32,000 bases of DNA. It comes from Mycolicibacterium smegmatis (GTDB lineage Bacteria; Actinomycetota; Actinomycetes; Mycobacteriales; Mycobacteriaceae). Location: NCBI RefSeq assembly GCF_001457595.1, contig NZ_LN831039.1:5250001-5282000 (forward strand), written 5' to 3'. Below, one piece after another: positions 10,218 to 19,155 of this stretch; within the stretch, counting starts at the first letter, position 1, and every line of letters starts with the position of its first letter. Both the position numbers and the translations under genes were made by a program. The notes under the pieces are model-generated. The model made no database searches, had not been told where the DNA came from, and worked only from the letters and a program-made list of their open reading frames with translations.

Positions 10218-11279
10218 CTACAGACGGGCGGTCGAACTCCGCGCGATCAACTGGGTGGCCAACTCGACGTGGTGTGAGTCGAGTTCGTCGCCGTCGGCGA
10301 GGCGCAGCGCGGTGCGCATGGCGACCGCCCCCATCTCCCGCAGCGGCTGACGGACCGTGGTCAGCGGTGGTGCCGACAACCTGGCCAACTGGGTGTCGTC
10401 GAAGCCGACGACGCTGAGGTCCTCGGGCACCCGCAGGCCCCGGGAGCGGGCGGCCTCGATCACCCCGAGCGCGGTCTCGTCGCTGGCCGCGAAGACCGCC
10501 GTCGGCGGTTCAGGGAGGTCGAGCAGCGCGGATCCTTCCCGAAGTCCGTTGTCGTAGAGGAAGTCTCCGGTGCGGACATAACCGTCGACGACGGCGGCGC
10601 CCGCCTCCTCCATCGCCGCCCGGTAGCCGTGCAGGCGGGCCTGGTTGCACGCAGCGGTCACCGGGCCGCCGACGTACGCGATCCGTCGGTGCCCGAGCGA
10701 CAGCAGGTGCTGGGTGGCGGCCAGTCCACCGGAGAAGTTGGTGGAGCCCACGCTGGTGATCCGCGTCGTCGGTTGGTTGAGCGGATCGATGACCACCAGG
10801 GGAAGTCCGAACCGGTGCAGCGCGGCGATATCCGCCTCGGGCAGTTCGTCGGCCACCGAGATCACCGCGCGCCTGCCCGCGGCCGCCAGGTCGGACACCC
10901 ACTGTGCCGTGCCGTCGCTGTCCCCCTCGTCATCGGGACGACGGCTCACGACCACGGCGACCCCGGCCGCGCAGCCTGCGTCGAGCAGACCCTGAACCAC
11001 CTCGATGCCGTAGGCGTTGAAGTCCTCGCGGAACAGCAGTTCGACTGTCGGCGGTCCCGGCCGGTCCGCGGACGCCGCGGCCAGGTCGCCGAGTTCGGTG
11101 CGCCGCGCGACGTAATGATGTTGCGCCAGCAGGGCCTTGACCCGCGAGCGGGTGGCCGGCGCCACGTCGGCACGGCCGTTGAGCACCTTGGACACCGTGG
11201 CTATCGAGACGCCGGCCGAGGCGGCGACAGTGGCCAGCGTCGCGCGTGAACCCGAGGCCTGGCCGACGCTCTCGGTCAT
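10218..11279 (-). CDS. LacI-family transcriptional regulator
   Basis: [47 protein letters not shown] plus periplasmic-binding-protein-like domain; ATGA overlap with upstream GH3 stop. Confidence 0.95.
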   Translation of the reverse strand: MTESVGQASGSRATLATVAASAGVSIATVSKVLNGRADVAPATRSRVKALLAQHHYVARRTELGDLAAASADRPGPPTVELLFREDFNAYGIEVVQGLLDAGCAAGVAVVVSRRPDDEGDSDGTAQWVSDLAAAGRRAVISVADELPEADIAALHRFGLPLVVIDPLNQPTTRITSVGSTNFSGGLAATQHLLSLGHRRIAYVGGPVTAACNQARLHGYRAAMEEAGAAVVDGYVRTGDFLYDNGLREGSALLDLPEPPTAVFAASDETALGVIEAARSRGLRVPEDLSVVGFDDTQLARLSAPPLTTVRQPLREMGAVAMRTALRLADGDELDSHHVELATQLIARSSTARL

Positions 11280-13723
11280 CGCGGGTCCTCGGGTACCACG
11301 GTGACCGGGGTGAGCATGGTGCGGTCCGATCCGACCGTGCGGGTGGGCCCGGTCAGCCGGACGGTGCCGCGACAGGCGATGTCGGCGGCCGACGTTCCGA
11401 CCAGAAGATCCACTTGACCCGCCTCGACGATCCGGGTGAGGTCGCGCCCGGTGAACGCCGTGCGGTCGGCGTGCAGGCCGAACGTCACGGTCACCGCGGA
11501 CGCGGCAGGCACGGTCACGCGCGCATAGCCCATGAGCTGGCGGGTCGGGCGTGCCACCGAGGCCACCGGGTCTTCGAGATACAGCTGCACCACCTCGTCA
11601 CCGTCGCGGGGGCCGGTGTTGCGGACCCGCACGGACACGGTCCAGTCGCCATCGGTGGGCACCCGTTCGGAGCTGATACGCAGATCGTCGACCTCGAAGG
11701 TGGTGTAGCTGCGTCCGTACCCGAACGGGTACAGCGGCGTGGGGTCGACGCTGCTGACATCGGCGCCCAGCGTTCCCAGCGGCGGCTGCAGATAGGTGCC
11801 GGGCTGCCCGCCCGGGGTACGCGGAATCTGCACGGGGAGCTTGCCACCCGGCTGCACGCGTCCCGACAGCACGCCCGCGATCGCGGCCCCGCCTTCTTCA
11901 CCCGGCATGAACGCCTGGATAAGGCCGGCCGCCCGGCCTGCCACGGCGCCGAGTGCGTACGGCCGGCCGGACACCACCACCACGACGACGGGAACACCCG
12001 TCGCGAGCAGTTCTTCGAGCAGATCGGCCTGGACACCGGGCAGCCGTAGGTCCTCGGCGTCGCTGCCCTCCCCCGACGAACCGTTTCCGAACATTCCCGC
12101 GAGGTCACCGACCACGGCGATGCACAGATCCGCGGATTTCGCGGCGTCGACCGCGGCGGTGAAACCGGACCGGTCGGGGTCCTGCACTCCGCAGCCCTGC
12201 TCGTAGCGGATCTGCGCGCCGGAGAGTTCGTCTGCAAGCGCATCCACGACGGTGGGCACCGCCACGCCGAGCCCGCGCCCCGGGTAGCGGGGCAGCACGT
12301 GGTTGGGAAATGCGTAGCAGCCCATGAATGTTCGCGCGTCAGCCGCGCACGGGCCGACGACGGCGATCCGGCCGGGCGCTTGTGTGCCCGGCCCGTCGAG
12401 CGGGAGGGCACTGCCGGCGTCCAGCAGGATGACGGAGCGTTCGGCCAGGCGGCGCGCGATGTCTCGGTTGGCGGGCGCGTCGAGGTCGGTCTCGGCGGCG
12501 CCGGCCACCGATGCCTCCGGGGTCCAGCCGGGATCCAGGAGGCCCAGCTGGACCTTCTGCAGCAGCAGCCGCCGCACGGCCCGGTCGACGAACTCGACCG
12601 GTAGCTGGCCGTTGCGGACGCGCTCGACGATGTTGGTGCCGAAACCGACCGTGTCGGGCAGTTCGACATCGACGCCCGCCGCGAGCGCCGCGGCGCCGGA
12701 CTCGTCGGCATCTGCCGCCACGCGGTGCATCATGGCCAAGAACGGCACGGACCAGTAGTCGGAGACCACGGTGCCGCGGAAACCCCATTGCCCACGCAGC
12801 ACGTCGGTGAGCAGCCAGGCGTCGGCAGATGCCGGAACTCCGTCGATGTCGTTGTATGCGCTCATCACCGAGCCCGCGCCCGCGACGGTGACCGCGACCT
12901 CGAACGGCGGGAAGATGACGTCGGCGAGCTCACGCCTGCCCATCGGCACCGGCGCGTGGTTGCGTCCGGCGCGGGATGCCGAGTAACCGGCAAAATGCTT
13001 GAGGGTGGCGATCACTCCCGCACTCTGCAACCCTTCGATGTACGCCGCGCCGAGAGTGGACACGACGTAGGGGTCTTCACCCATCGTCTCTTCCACGCGG
13101 CCCCAGCGGTAGTCGCGCACCACGTCCAGGACCGGTGAAAGCCCTTGGTGCACACCGAGAGCAGCCATGTCGCGGCCGATCGCCGCAGCCATCTCCCGCA
13201 CCAGCGGCGGGTCGAAGGTGGCGCCCCACGCGATGGCGGCGGGGTACACCGTGGCACCGTACGCGGTGAAACCGGTCAGGCACTCCTCGTGAACCAGTGC
13301 CGGGATGTCCAACCGCGACTGTTCGAGCACGGTGCGCTGCTGGCGCATCAGTTCGGCGGCGCCTTCGGCGGGGGTGACGGGACGGCTGCCGTAGACCCGG
13401 GTGAGATGGCCCAGGCCGTGGCGGGCGGCCTCATGCAGCGGGACCGAGCCTGACAACGCGAAGGCGTCCTCCATCGGCGCGACGTTGAGTGAGGCCTCCT
13501 GCTCTGCGGTCTCGGCAAAGTCATGCGCATCGCGATCGTCTTCGCGGGTGCCCCGGTCGTTGCTCACCCAGCGACTGCCCAACTGGGCGACCTTCTCCTC
13601 GAGGCTCAGTTCGGCCAGGAGCAATTCCACCCGTTCGGCTGCCGGGAGCGTGGTGTCGTGCCATGGTTTCAGGACGGTCCCGGCGCCAGCAGAATTCTGC
13701 TCGGCCGGTCGTAGTGACGTCAC
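11276..13723 (-). CDS. Glycoside hydrolase family 3 (beta-glucosidase/beta-xylosidase type)
   Basis: LKHFAGYSASRAGRNHAPV, GTVVSDYWSV nucleophile region, C-terminal fibronectin III-like domain. Start refined to GTG 13723 (VTSLRPAEQ) with GGAAAGGA upstream; listed ORF to 13945 runs through the promoter region. Confidence 0.9.
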   Translation of the reverse strand: MTSLRPAEQNSAGAGTVLKPWHDTTLPAAERVELLLAELSLEEKVAQLGSRWVSNDRGTREDDRDAHDFAETAEQEASLNVAPMEDAFALSGSVPLHEAARHGLGHLTRVYGSRPVTPAEGAAELMRQQRTVLEQSRLDIPALVHEECLTGFTAYGATVYPAAIAWGATFDPPLVREMAAAIGRDMAALGVHQGLSPVLDVVRDYRWGRVEETMGEDPYVVSTLGAAYIEGLQSAGVIATLKHFAGYSASRAGRNHAPVPMGRRELADVIFPPFEVAVTVAGAGSVMSAYNDIDGVPASADAWLLTDVLRGQWGFRGTVVSDYWSVPFLAMMHRVAADADESGAAALAAGVDVELPDTVGFGTNIVERVRNGQLPVEFVDRAVRRLLLQKVQLGLLDPGWTPEASVAGAAETDLDAPANRDIARRLAERSVILLDAGSALPLDGPGTQAPGRIAVVGPCAADARTFMGCYAFPNHVLPRYPGRGLGVAVPTVVDALADELSGAQIRYEQGCGVQDPDRSGFTAAVDAAKSADLCIAVVGDLAGMFGNGSSGEGSDAEDLRLPGVQADLLEELLATGVPVVVVVVSGRPYALGAVAGRAAGLIQAFMPGEEGGAAIAGVLSGRVQPGGKLPVQIPRTPGGQPGTYLQPPLGTLGADVSSVDPTPLYPFGYGRSYTTFEVDDLRISSERVPTDGDWTVSVRVRNTGPRDGDEVVQLYLEDPVASVARPTRQLMGYARVTVPAASAVTVTFGLHADRTAFTGRDLTRIVEAGQVDLLVGTSAADIACRGTVRLTGPTRTVGSDRTMLTPVTVVPEDPR

Positions 13724-13759
13724 GAGACGGTCCTTTCCGGCTGTGAAAAAAATTGAACC

Positions 13760-13773
13760 TCGAAAAGTTTCGA
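13760..13773. promoter_or_regulatory. Candidate LacI-family operator TCGAAAAGTTTCGA
   Basis: Near-perfect palindrome (TCGAAA-AG-TTTCGA) in 5' region of the GH3 gene; matches the site at 13947. Confidence 0.6.
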
Positions 13774-13808
13774 TTTGTTCGGGCTGCCCAACAGCGAATC
13801 CCGATACA

Positions 13809-13837
13809 AATGTAATAGCACTAAAACAGGCTTCCAA
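13809..13837 (-). promoter_or_regulatory. Candidate sigma70-type promoter for GH3-lacI-GH1: TTGGAA-N17-TACATT
   Basis: Minus-strand -35 at 13837..13832 and -10 at 13814..13809, 17-nt spacer. Confidence 0.4.
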
Positions 13838-13898
13838 CAACATGTTTGCCAAATCTGCCCGCTGCTGACCGGCACGCATAAGCCGCCAAAAGTCGCTA

Positions 13899-13927
13899 TT
13901 GACACCGATAAAACCGAAAATTATGTT
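13899..13927 (+). promoter_or_regulatory. Candidate sigma70-type promoter for ABC transporter: TTGACA-N17-TATGTT
   Basis: Consensus -35 at 13899-13904, 17-nt spacer, -10 at 13922-13927, just upstream of the palindromic operator. Confidence 0.6.
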
Positions 13928-13946
13928 GAGTTTTGCGGTCATCATT

Positions 13947-13960
13947 TCGAAAATTTTCGA
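13947..13960. promoter_or_regulatory. Candidate LacI-family operator TCGAAAATTTTCGA (perfect palindrome)
   Basis: 14-bp perfect palindrome sharing the TCGAAA-N2-TTTCGA pattern with 13760..13773; overlaps a second palindrome TCGAGACGTCTCGA (13957..13970). Confidence 0.65.
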
Positions 13961-14031
13961 GACGTCTCGATGACCCGCTCTCGGAAAACCGACACGCCGC
14001 GACGGCGCGGCCCGTACGTACGGAGCTGAGC

Positions 14032-15417
14032 GTGGATCTCAAATCTGTCGACGCCAATGTTGTTGAGTCCAAGGCTGATTTCTTGCCGAGCACGTCCCGC
14101 AGGGCCTTTCTGGCCGCCGCGCTCAGCGTGCCGCTGCTCGGTGCGCTCGCCGCGTGTGGAAGCTCAGGGCCCAGTCGGTCGGGCGGGGGCGGAGGCGGCG
14201 CGCCAGGAGCGGCGTCGTACTGGTTTCTCAGCTCCCAACCGCAGGAGTCCATCCGCACCGCCGCGGTGGAGCGCTTCAACCAGGCCAACCCCGACCAGCA
14301 GATCCAGTACACCGCATTCCAGAACGACGCCTACAAGACCAAGATCAAGACCGCCGTCGGCGCCGGGCAGGCCCCCACGATCATCTTCGGTTGGGGCGGC
14401 GGCACTTTGCGCAGCTACGTCGACGCGGGCCAGGTCGACGACCTGACATCGTGGTTCGACGAGAACCCGGCGGTCAAAGACCGGTTGTTCCCCACGGCTT
14501 TCGGGCCCGCGACCATCGACGGCAGGATCTACGCGATGCCCACCGAGGTGGTTCAGCCCGTCGTCCTCTACTACAACAAGGAAGTTTTCGACAAGGTCGG
14601 TGCGGCGCCGCCCCAGAGCTGGGGCGACATCATGGATCTGGTGCCGAAGTTCAACGCCGCAGGCGTGGCGCCCATCTCGCTTGCGGGCCAGTCCCGGTGG
14701 CCCGAGATGATGTGGCTGGAGTTCCTGTTCGACCGGCTGGGTGGACCCGAGGTGTTCGAGGCGGCCTACGAGGGCGAGCACAACGCCTGGTCGCATCCCG
14801 CGGCGATCGATGCGCTGACCAAGGTGCAGGAGTTGATCAAGGCCGACGGTTTCGTCAGGGGATTCTCCTCTGTCACGCCAGATTCCAACGCCGATCAGGC
14901 CCTGCTGTACACGGGTAAGGCCGCCATGATGCTGCAAGGCAGCTGGACCTACGGCGGAATGGCCACCGACGGCGGTGATTTCGTGTCCAGCGGCAAATTG
15001 GGCTACATGAACTTCCCACCCGTCGACGGGGGCACCGGCGACCCGTCGACCACCGTGGGCAACCCCGCTCAGTACCTGTCGATCTACTCGAAGGCCACCG
15101 ACGAGCAGAAGGAGGTGGCCAAGAAGTTCCTCAGCACGGCGGTCCTGTCGGACCAGGAGATCAAGGAGTGGATCGACATCGGCAGTGTGCCGATCGTGCA
15201 GGGAACGCAGGGCCAGCTGGCCGGCTCGGACGACGCCGATTTCCTGGAGTTCATCTACCGCGTGTCCACCGAGGCCAAGACGTTCGGGCAGTCGTGGGAC
15301 CAGGCATTGTCACCGACGGCCGCCGAAACGCTGCTCGACAACATCGCCAAGCTGTTCCAGCTCTCGATCAGCCCACAGCAGTTCGCCGACAACATGAACC
15401 AGGCCACCAGCAGATGA
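14032..15417 (+). CDS. ABC sugar transporter substrate-binding lipoprotein
   Basis: Start refined to GTG 14032 (GGAG at 14022-14025). TSRRAFLAAALSVPLLGALAAC Tat-like/lipobox signal; solute-binding family 1 fold (FQNDAYKTKIKTAVGAGQAPTIIFGWGGGTL). Confidence 0.9.
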   Translation: MDLKSVDANVVESKADFLPSTSRRAFLAAALSVPLLGALAACGSSGPSRSGGGGGGAPGAASYWFLSSQPQESIRTAAVERFNQANPDQQIQYTAFQNDAYKTKIKTAVGAGQAPTIIFGWGGGTLRSYVDAGQVDDLTSWFDENPAVKDRLFPTAFGPATIDGRIYAMPTEVVQPVVLYYNKEVFDKVGAAPPQSWGDIMDLVPKFNAAGVAPISLAGQSRWPEMMWLEFLFDRLGGPEVFEAAYEGEHNAWSHPAAIDALTKVQELIKADGFVRGFSSVTPDSNADQALLYTGKAAMMLQGSWTYGGMATDGGDFVSSGKLGYMNFPPVDGGTGDPSTTVGNPAQYLSIYSKATDEQKEVAKKFLSTAVLSDQEIKEWIDIGSVPIVQGTQGQLAGSDDADFLEFIYRVSTEAKTFGQSWDQALSPTAAETLLDNIAKLFQLSISPQQFADNMNQATSR

Positions 15418-16334
15418 CTTCGGCAACAACCGGATTCCGTCGTCAACAGGGCCACCCGCGCTCCGTACGGGACGTCCGCGTCGGGTACCTCGCCGTACCC
15501 GCCCTGGTGTTCTTCGTCGCGTTCGCCGTGATCCCCCTCGTCGGGGTTCTGCTGCTGAGCTTCACCCAGTGGGACGGCATCGGGCCCATCCAGCCTGCCG
15601 GATTGTCCAGCTGGCAGTCCGTGCTCACGGACCCGTCTCTGCCACACACCATCTGGGTGACGTTCCTGCTGATGGCGTTGTCGTGGGCGGTGCAGACGCC
15701 GGCCAGCCTGCTCATCGGCGCGTTTCTCGCCGGCCGCCAGCGGTACCGGGAATGGCTCGCGGTGTTCTACTTCATCCCGTTGCTGCTGAGCTCGGCCGCC
15801 ATCGCGATCACCTACAAGGCGCTGCTGGACCCGAATTTCGGGCTCGGTGTGGGGCTGGGCATTCCGCTGCTGAGCCAGGACTGGCTCGGTAAGGACGGAT
15901 TGGCGCTGGGCGTGGTGATCTTCATCGTGTCGTGGCAGTTCGTGCCGTTCCACTCGCTGATCTACCAGGGCGCCATCCAGCAGATCCCGCGGTCGATGTA
16001 CGAGGCCGCGCAACTCGACGGTGCGGGCCGGTGCCGCCAGTTCTTCTCCATCACGCTGCCCCAGATGCGCCACACGATGGTCACGTCGTCCACGCTCATG
16101 GTGATCGGCTCGCTGACCTTCTTCGACCTGATCTTCGTGCTCACCGGCGGCGGACCCGGCGACGCCACCCGTGTGCTCGCACTCGACATGTACCGACGTG
16201 GGTTCCAGGCCAACCTCATGGGCCCGGCCAGCGTGATCGCCGTGATCCTGGTGGTCGTCGGCCTGGTCATCGCGCTGGTGCTACGCCGCCTGGGCGGGGG
16301 TGCTCCGTCCGAGAGCCGATTGGACGGTGCCTGA
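15414..16334 (+). CDS. ABC sugar transporter permease (MalF-like)
   Basis: Start refined to ATG 15414 (ATGA overlap with previous stop); IPLLVGVLLL-type TM protein, EAAQLDGAGRCRQFFSITLPQM EAA loop. Confidence 0.93.
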   Translation: MTSATTGFRRQQGHPRSVRDVRVGYLAVPALVFFVAFAVIPLVGVLLLSFTQWDGIGPIQPAGLSSWQSVLTDPSLPHTIWVTFLLMALSWAVQTPASLLIGAFLAGRQRYREWLAVFYFIPLLLSSAAIAITYKALLDPNFGLGVGLGIPLLSQDWLGKDGLALGVVIFIVSWQFVPFHSLIYQGAIQQIPRSMYEAAQLDGAGRCRQFFSITLPQMRHTMVTSSTLMVIGSLTFFDLIFVLTGGGPGDATRVLALDMYRRGFQANLMGPASVIAVILVVVGLVIALVLRRLGGGAPSESRLDGA

Positions 16335-16335
16335 G

Positions 16336-17235
16336 ATGGCTGCGACCCTGACCACCGGACCCCACCGGATCGCGACTCCGCCCGCACGGCCCAAGCGACA
16401 ACCTCTGCGGGTGCGCCGAGGCGAGCGACCCAATTGGGTCGGTGCGGTCATCTCGTGTGTGTGGCTGGCGATCATCATGGTCCCGATCTACTGGATCGTG
16501 ATCACCAGCCTGAAGAGCCAGTCCAACTACTTCGCCACCAACCCGTTGCTGCCCTCTCCGGAATCGAACTTCGAGCAGTACGTCTTCGTCGCCCAGTCCG
16601 GTTTCCCGCGCTACTTCCTCAACAGCGTCGTCGTCGCCGCCGGGACCGTGGTGCCCACGGTCCTGCTGGCGTTCATGGCGGCGTACGCGATCGTTCGAGG
16701 CAACGGACGGTTCCTTCGCTGGGCCAACGTGATCTTCCTGTCCGGACTGGCGATCCCGTTGCAGGCCGTGGTGATCCCCGTGTACCTGATCATCATCAGG
16801 CTCCACCTCTACGACACGCTGCTCGCGATCATCCTGCCCTCCATCGCATTTGCCATTCCGCTGTCGGTGCTGGTGCTGGCGAACTTCATCCGGGACGTGC
16901 CCGGGGAACTGTTCGAGTCGATGAGCATCGACGGTGCGAGTGAGTGGTCCACGTTGTGGCAGCTCGCCTTTCCGATGGCGCGGCCCGCTCTGGTCACGGT
17001 TGCGGTGTACAACGGCCTCACGGTGTGGAACGGCTTTCTTTTGCCACTGGTGCTCACCCAGAGCCCCGATCAGCGGACCCTGCCGCTGGCCCTGTGGTCG
17101 TTCCAGGGCCAGTACAGCGTCAACGTGCCCGCGGTCATGGCGTCGGTGGTGCTCAGCACCTTCCCGGTGGTCGTGCTCTACGTGCTGGGCCGCCGCCAGC
17201 TGGTCAGCGGCCTGACGGCGGGGTTCAGCAAGTGA
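16336..17235 (+). CDS. ABC sugar transporter permease (MalG-like)
   Basis: Start refined to MAATLTTG at 16336; TM protein with ESMSIDGASEWSTLWQLAFPMARPALVTV EAA loop. Confidence 0.93.
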   Translation: MAATLTTGPHRIATPPARPKRQPLRVRRGERPNWVGAVISCVWLAIIMVPIYWIVITSLKSQSNYFATNPLLPSPESNFEQYVFVAQSGFPRYFLNSVVVAAGTVVPTVLLAFMAAYAIVRGNGRFLRWANVIFLSGLAIPLQAVVIPVYLIIIRLHLYDTLLAIILPSIAFAIPLSVLVLANFIRDVPGELFESMSIDGASEWSTLWQLAFPMARPALVTVAVYNGLTVWNGFLLPLVLTQSPDQRTLPLALWSFQGQYSVNVPAVMASVVLSTFPVVVLYVLGRRQLVSGLTAGFSK

Positions 17236-17240
17236 GGGAT

Positions 17241-17633
17241 CTACCGTCCTGACAGGGCGGCGACCAGATCGGGCACCCACGCCCGATCGGCGGGAACCCA
17301 TGCGATGCCGTCGATTTCGTCGGCACCCACCCATCGCAACGCGCGGTGGTCATGGGGATGCGGGCTTCCCGAGCGCAGGGTGACCCGGTAGGCGCGCAGT
17401 GTCATGGCGTCGTTGAGCGCGACGTCGGCACCGAGGCGCTCCCCCACCGCGACGTCGACGCCGAGTTCCTCGCGGAGTTCGCGTGCCAGCGCGTCGGCGT
17501 CGCTCTCCCCGGGCGTCACCTTTCCGCCAGGAAGTTCCCACAGCCCCGCCAGCTCGGCCGGGCGGTCACGCTGGGCGACCAGCAGTGTCCCACGCGAGAT
17601 CAGCGCCCCGGCCACCACGATCTGCTTTGTCAT
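17241..17633 (-). CDS. mutT2: Nudix hydrolase / MutT-type pyrophosphohydrolase
   Basis: Nudix box GGKVTPGESDADALARELREELGV; position between PCD/pimE and nar genes as for Rv1160. Confidence 0.88.
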   Translation of the reverse strand: MTKQIVVAGALISRGTLLVAQRDRPAELAGLWELPGGKVTPGESDADALARELREELGVDVAVGERLGADVALNDAMTLRAYRVTLRSGSPHPHDHRALRWVGADEIDGIAWVPADRAWVPDLVAALSGR

Positions 17634-17660
17634 CGCGCCTGACGGTATACGGTCAACGTC
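17634..17660. promoter_or_regulatory. Compact divergent leaderless promoter pair
   Basis: ACGGTATACGGT: TACGGT (+, 17648-17653) 7 nt before ATG 17661 and TACCGT (-, 17647-17642) 8 nt before ATG 17633. Confidence 0.45.
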
Positions 17661-17945
17661 ATGGCTGTGTTATCGAACGATCAGGTTGATGCCGCACTGC
17701 CGAATCTGCCGGGGTGGGAACGCGCCGCAGGGGCCCTGCGGCGCTCGGTGAAGTTTCCGACGTTCCTCGACGGGATCGACGCCGTGCGACGGGTTGCCGA
17801 GTTCGCCGAGGAGAAGGACCATCATCCGGATATCGACATCCGTTGGCGGACAGTGACTTTCGCGTTGGTCACGCACGCCGCGGGCGGTATCACGGAAAAG
17901 GACGTCCAGATGGCCGAGGAGATCAACCGGATCCTTTCCGACTGA
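17661..17945 (+). CDS. 4a-hydroxytetrahydrobiopterin (pterin-4-alpha-carbinolamine) dehydratase family
   Basis: 94-aa; [47 protein letters not shown] canonical PCD motif. Confidence 0.93.
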   Translation: MAVLSNDQVDAALPNLPGWERAAGALRRSVKFPTFLDGIDAVRRVAEFAEEKDHHPDIDIRWRTVTFALVTHAAGGITEKDVQMAEEINRILSD

Positions 17946-19155
17946 AGGCGATCCACCCGAGCGTCGCCAATGTCGCGACGATGTAGACCAGCCCGGCCCA
18001 GGCCAGGTACCACGGCCTGCCGATCTCCCAGATGGTGGGCTGCGCGAAACTGAGCAGCCACGGGACACCCAGCAGGGTCAGCGCGAGCCAGCCCCAGCCC
18101 AGGATCCGCGCGCCGCGCAGGGCCGACAACGGCCCGTGCAGCAGCCACATCATCAGCGGGATCAGCCACACCCAGTGGTGCGTCCACGAGATCGGCGAGA
18201 GCACGAGCCCGAACAGACTCACCACGAGGATGCCGCCGAGTCGATCCTGCGCGCCGCCGATCGCTCGCCACGCCAGCAGCGCGAGGACCGCGGTGATGCC
18301 GATACCGATCAGCACCAGTGGCCCGAATCCCGCGTCGTGACCCAGGATCCGTGAGATCCCGCCGCGCCACGACTGGTTGAACGACGTGCCGATGGGCCCG
18401 ATCCGGTCCGCGTCGCCCAGCAGTTCGGTGAAGTACCGGCGGGCCTGCGCACCCACCACGAGCCACGACACGCCGACCGTCGCGAAGAACACCGCCGCCG
18501 AGCACGCGACCGCGGCCCAGCGGCGCGCCCCGAGGAAGTACAGGCCCGCGACCGCGGGCGTGAGTTTGATGCCGGCCGCCAACCCGACGAGCAGACCCGA
18601 AAGCCACCACCGCGTCGTGGACACCGCGCAGAGCACCGCGAGCACCAGCACGACATTGACCTGGCCGTAGTCGAATGTGCTGCGCAGCGGTTCGGTCCAG
18701 ATGCCCAGGGCGGTCCACAGCATCGCGACACGCCGTTGGGACTGCAACCCCATGAGCCCTTGGCTGACACGCACGACGCCGTAGAGCGCGGCGATGATCC
18801 CGATCTGCCAGATGAACGCCACCACGCCGAATGGCAGCAGGTGCAGCGGGTAGAACACGATCGCGGCGAACGGCGGATACGTGAACGGCAGCGGGAAGTC
18901 CGGTGTCTGGTCGGCATAGACGTAGTCGTAGAGCGCGCCGGGTCCGTCGAGGGCGTCCGCGCCGTCGACGTAGACGTGCAGGTCGACGAAGTTGGCGCCG
19001 TTGGGCACGAGGTAGGTCCAGGCCAGCCGCGCCAGGATGCTGACGACCAGCAACATCGGCGCCAGGCGCTGCAGCCGCGCGGATGCTGGGACTTCGGGTG
19101 CTGATTTCGTGTCTACGGCCCCGACTTTAGCGCCCCGGTAACCGTTGACCCTCAC
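17923..19155 (-). CDS. pimE: Polyprenyl-phosphate-mannose-dependent alpha-mannosyltransferase (GT-C/GT87), PIM biosynthesis
   Basis: Multi-TM protein; [56 protein letters not shown]; synteny with Rv1159. Start set to GTG 19155 (VRVNGYRG); listed ORF start 19401 lies inside the divergent gene. Confidence 0.88.
   Translation of the reverse strand: MRVNGYRGAKVGAVDTKSAPEVPASARLQRLAPMLLVVSILARLAWTYLVPNGANFVDLHVYVDGADALDGPGALYDYVYADQTPDFPLPFTYPPFAAIVFYPLHLLPFGVVAFIWQIGIIAALYGVVRVSQGLMGLQSQRRVAMLWTALGIWTEPLRSTFDYGQVNVVLVLAVLCAVSTTRWWLSGLLVGLAAGIKLTPAVAGLYFLGARRWAAVACSAAVFFATVGVSWLVVGAQARRYFTELLGDADRIGPIGTSFNQSWRGGISRILGHDAGFGPLVLIGIGITAVLALLAWRAIGGAQDRLGGILVVSLFGLVLSPISWTHHWVWLIPLMMWLLHGPLSALRGARILGWGWLALTLLGVPWLLSFAQPTIWEIGRPWYLAWAGLVYIVATLATLGWIAFSRKGSG

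Noticed and set aside
8245-10350. 701-aa plus-strand ORF
   Set aside because: Spans the antisense of narK and GH1 across their junction; no recognisable domain, low-complexity His/Arg content.
13714-13723. GTGACGTCAC 10-bp palindrome at the GH3 start codon
   Set aside because: Constrained by coding (V-T-S); no partner copy elsewhere in the region.
13724-13945. N-terminal 74-aa extension of the GH3 ORF (MTAKLNIIFGFIG...)
   Set aside because: Covers the AT-rich intergenic region with promoter and operator; GTG 13723 with GGAAAGGA RBS begins the conserved-looking protein.
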